A DNA stretch of 64,000 nucleotides from positions 372,001 through 436,000 of the forward strand of contig JAUFOQ010000005.1 of NCBI GenBank assembly GCA_040285855.1. Direction: 5' to 3'. Made by a program: the position numbers and the translations under genes. Shown here in pieces: positions 61,697-64,000 of the stretch. This DNA comes from Eukaryota sp. GEM-RC1. Its lineage: Eukaryota. The notes under the pieces were generated by a model. It saw only the letters and a list, made by a program, of their open reading frames with translations. It did not search any database and was not told where the DNA came from. Numbering within the stretch: position 1 is the stretch's first letter; every line of letters starts with the position of its first letter.

Positions 61697-62643
61697 TAAC
61701 CTGGGTGCAAAATCAATATAATCTCAACTTCATGATTTCTAAACTTTTCTTGATGTTCCAGTGTAACGTTGGCTGAGTTCTAGGAGTCTTCCTCACATTT
61801 AGATAACATGTCACAGCAAGATACTTTTCATCTTCACTGTGATTTTTGTTAACCACCGATGTTGTGATGTGTTAGTATTAAAGATTTTAAGTTAAAGTAT
61901 AGTGTAGCTCTAGATGATTATTATTTATAATATTCTTTCCTCATACATGTCTACCCATGCTGGTAACATTTTGACTAAAATTACAAATAACTACTATTGT
62001 CCTAAATCTCAGTGGAAAAAAAATGCTGAATGAAAATCGCGATTGTGCTTGATTATATTTTATTATTTCATTGGGTATCCACAGAAACAGGCCAAACTGT
62101 TGAAGAAGCATATTATATATTATTTTTATTATTTATCGTACAAAAATCATCCCCCATACAGTTCAGCAATAATATAAACACCATCGTTTAGTCCTAGTGA
62201 TAAAACTCATGTAGAAGAGAGCGGGAAAGATTATGACTGAATGGTTTTAGACCAATCATTGATCACCAATAGCCAGAAAAGTTGGAGAAATTTTTTGGAG
62301 AAAATGCTTTTCACAGTAAAACTATTCGATATAACCACAAAAGAAATAGTAGATGACAAGGTGAACAAGAAAGAGATCGAGTACTGTTTGTATCATGTTA
62401 TAGTGGTTGTTTGAAAAACAAAGTGTGAAAAAACAAAGTTCGTAAGAGATGTTGTCACAGCATTGTTATGTAAACTCGAAGTAAACAAGCAGAAAAGAAA
62501 TCGATCGCCTGAAGAGAATAAGAGGCATTACTCCTTCGCTTGGAGGTTGAAAAGATTGACATAATAAGCAGAAGCTGATGGTCACGATATTGAGTGTGAC
62601 AAGTTGAGTCCAACTGACCTTTTCTTTTGAACAAAGATGTCTC

Positions 62644-64000
62644 ATGAACTTAATGGAGCCTTCATTAGATGATACTGTTTCCGTTACTGACGTTGTTAAG
62701 TTCTGTCGATCCTCCACTGGTGTCTCCTCCTCAGAACGTAGCTCTGTTGTCTCGTCCACTTCGTTTCCTTCCGCCCCTCCTCCTACCATTTACTTTCCAC
62801 AGTCCTTGCTCACTTTAATCCATGTTCATTATCTCTCCCGTCTGCTACAACCATCTCTTGAATGGAAAATCCATGAGCCCCACCGTGCTCTGCTTGGTTT
62901 GAAGACCTTTCTACCTCCGTTTTTCAAACACGTTGGCTATGTAAGCAACCACTTCCTCGAATCTGCTTCTCAAGCAATCAAGGTGTTTTTTCAAAGAAAC
63001 ACGTTTCATATCGTGCCTAAGGATCTTTCTCCACTGTCTGCTCTTGGTTCTCTCTTTGGAGCTGAATCCAAGTCTTTCTTCTTACACGTCGATGGGGTCT
63101 TTAATGTTGATAAGTTTCTTGCCTATTCTCAAGTACTTTCAGGATTGGAATTAAAAATAAGTCACCAAAATGATTTTGATTTTCTTAACAAGTCTTCTAT
63201 GTTCTTTCCATGTCTTACACAACTTCATGTTTGTGGTAATTCCACAGTTTCCTTGCCATTGATCGAATTTTTGAAACTTAATACAACAATTACAAATATA
63301 AATCTACGAAACAACTCTATTGGTGACGACGGTGCTATAGCTATAGCTGAAACGTTAAAAGCTAATGTTACAATTACCGGTATTAATTTAGGTGAAAACT
63401 CTATTGGTGACGACGGTGTTAGAGCTATAGCTGAAGCGTTAAAAGTTAATTCCACGGTAACCAGTATTTGTCTGGATTGCAACTCTTTTGGGGATGAAGG
63501 AACTGAAGCGCTGGCAGAGGTTTTAAAAGTCAATGATTCAGTTACAATTGTTGATTTAAGTCTCAACTCTATTACTGTTGAAGGTGCTGCGTTTTTGGCA
63601 GATACATTGAAAGTTAACACTACAGTTACTCAAATTAATCTAAGTTACCTCGATATTGAAGCTGAAGGTACCAAAGTTCTGGTAGATGCGTTAAAAGTCA
63701 ATACTTGTCTTACAGTCATTGATCTCAGTGAAAACTCTATTGGAGATGAAGGAGCTACAGCACTGGCAGATTTACTCAAAGTAAATACTTTTATTAAAAG
63801 TATTATTATTAAGAACAACGATATTGAAACTGAAGGTGCTGCAGCTCTGGGGGAGGCACTTAAAGTGAACACCACAGTTACTCGTTTTGATCTGTGGAAC
63901 AACTTTCTTGGAGATCAAGGAACTGCAGTGTTTGCAGATGCATTGAAAATAAATGCATCGATTACCAGCATTAATTTACAGAACAACTCTGTTGGAGCTG
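62644..64000 (+). CDS. NLRC3/RI-like LRR protein (runs off the window)
   Basis: ATG 62644, YFPQSLLTLIHVHYLSRLL...FFPCLTQLHV, then 28-aa LRRs, open to the window end. Confidence 0.85.
   Translation, partial: MNLMEPSLDDTVSVTDVVKFCRSSTGVSSSERSSVVSSTSFPSAPPPTIYFPQSLLTLIHVHYLSRLLQPSLEWKIHEPHRALLGLKTFLPPFFKHVGYVSNHFLESASQAIKVFFQRNTFHIVPKDLSPLSALGSLFGAESKSFFLHVDGVFNVDKFLAYSQVLSGLELKISHQNDFDFLNKSSMFFPCLTQLHVCGNSTVSLPLIEFLKLNTTITNINLRNNSIGDDGAIAIAETLKANVTITGINLGENSIGDDGVRAIAEALKVNSTVTSICLDCNSFGDEGTEALAEVLKVNDSVTIVDLSLNSITVEGAAFLADTLKVNTTVTQINLSYLDIEAEGTKVLVDALKVNTCLTVIDLSENSIGDEGATALADLLKVNTFIKSIIIKNNDIETEGAAALGEALKVNTTVTRFDLWNNFLGDQGTAVFADALKINASITSINLQNNSVGA

Overview
AT-rich, apparently intron-poor eukaryotic (probably protist) DNA that is dominated by paralogous gene families, segmental duplications and nested mobile elements. 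Host-type genes: a BRCT-BRCT/XPA-C-like family (3 copies plus a fragment), NLRC3/RI-like LRR proteins (4 copies plus 2 internally deleted relics), decayed protein kinases, a BTB-BTB/glycine-rich protein, a CAAX (CPBP/Abi) protease and a ceramidase-like membrane protein. Mobile DNA: a decayed hAT element interrupted by an intact two-ORF DD34E Tc1/IS630-like transposon, several hAT, Tc1 and MULE MITEs with visible TIRs/TSDs, and CRE-like RLE non-LTR fragments. Most notable are two divergent, decayed elements (~13.15-17.98 kb on +, ~25.5-28.3 kb on -) in which a family-B DNA polymerase 3'-5' exonuclease domain lies directly upstream of a Fanzor1 (TnpB-like) nuclease. The first is preceded by a 2A ribosome-skipping motif and two Ulp1/SENP proteases in what looks like one polyprotein. 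The second is followed by a GC-richer segment containing a bacterial 16S rRNA-like stretch and a tRNA-like T-arm with a T-run. All domain calls are motif recognition by eye and no searches were run.
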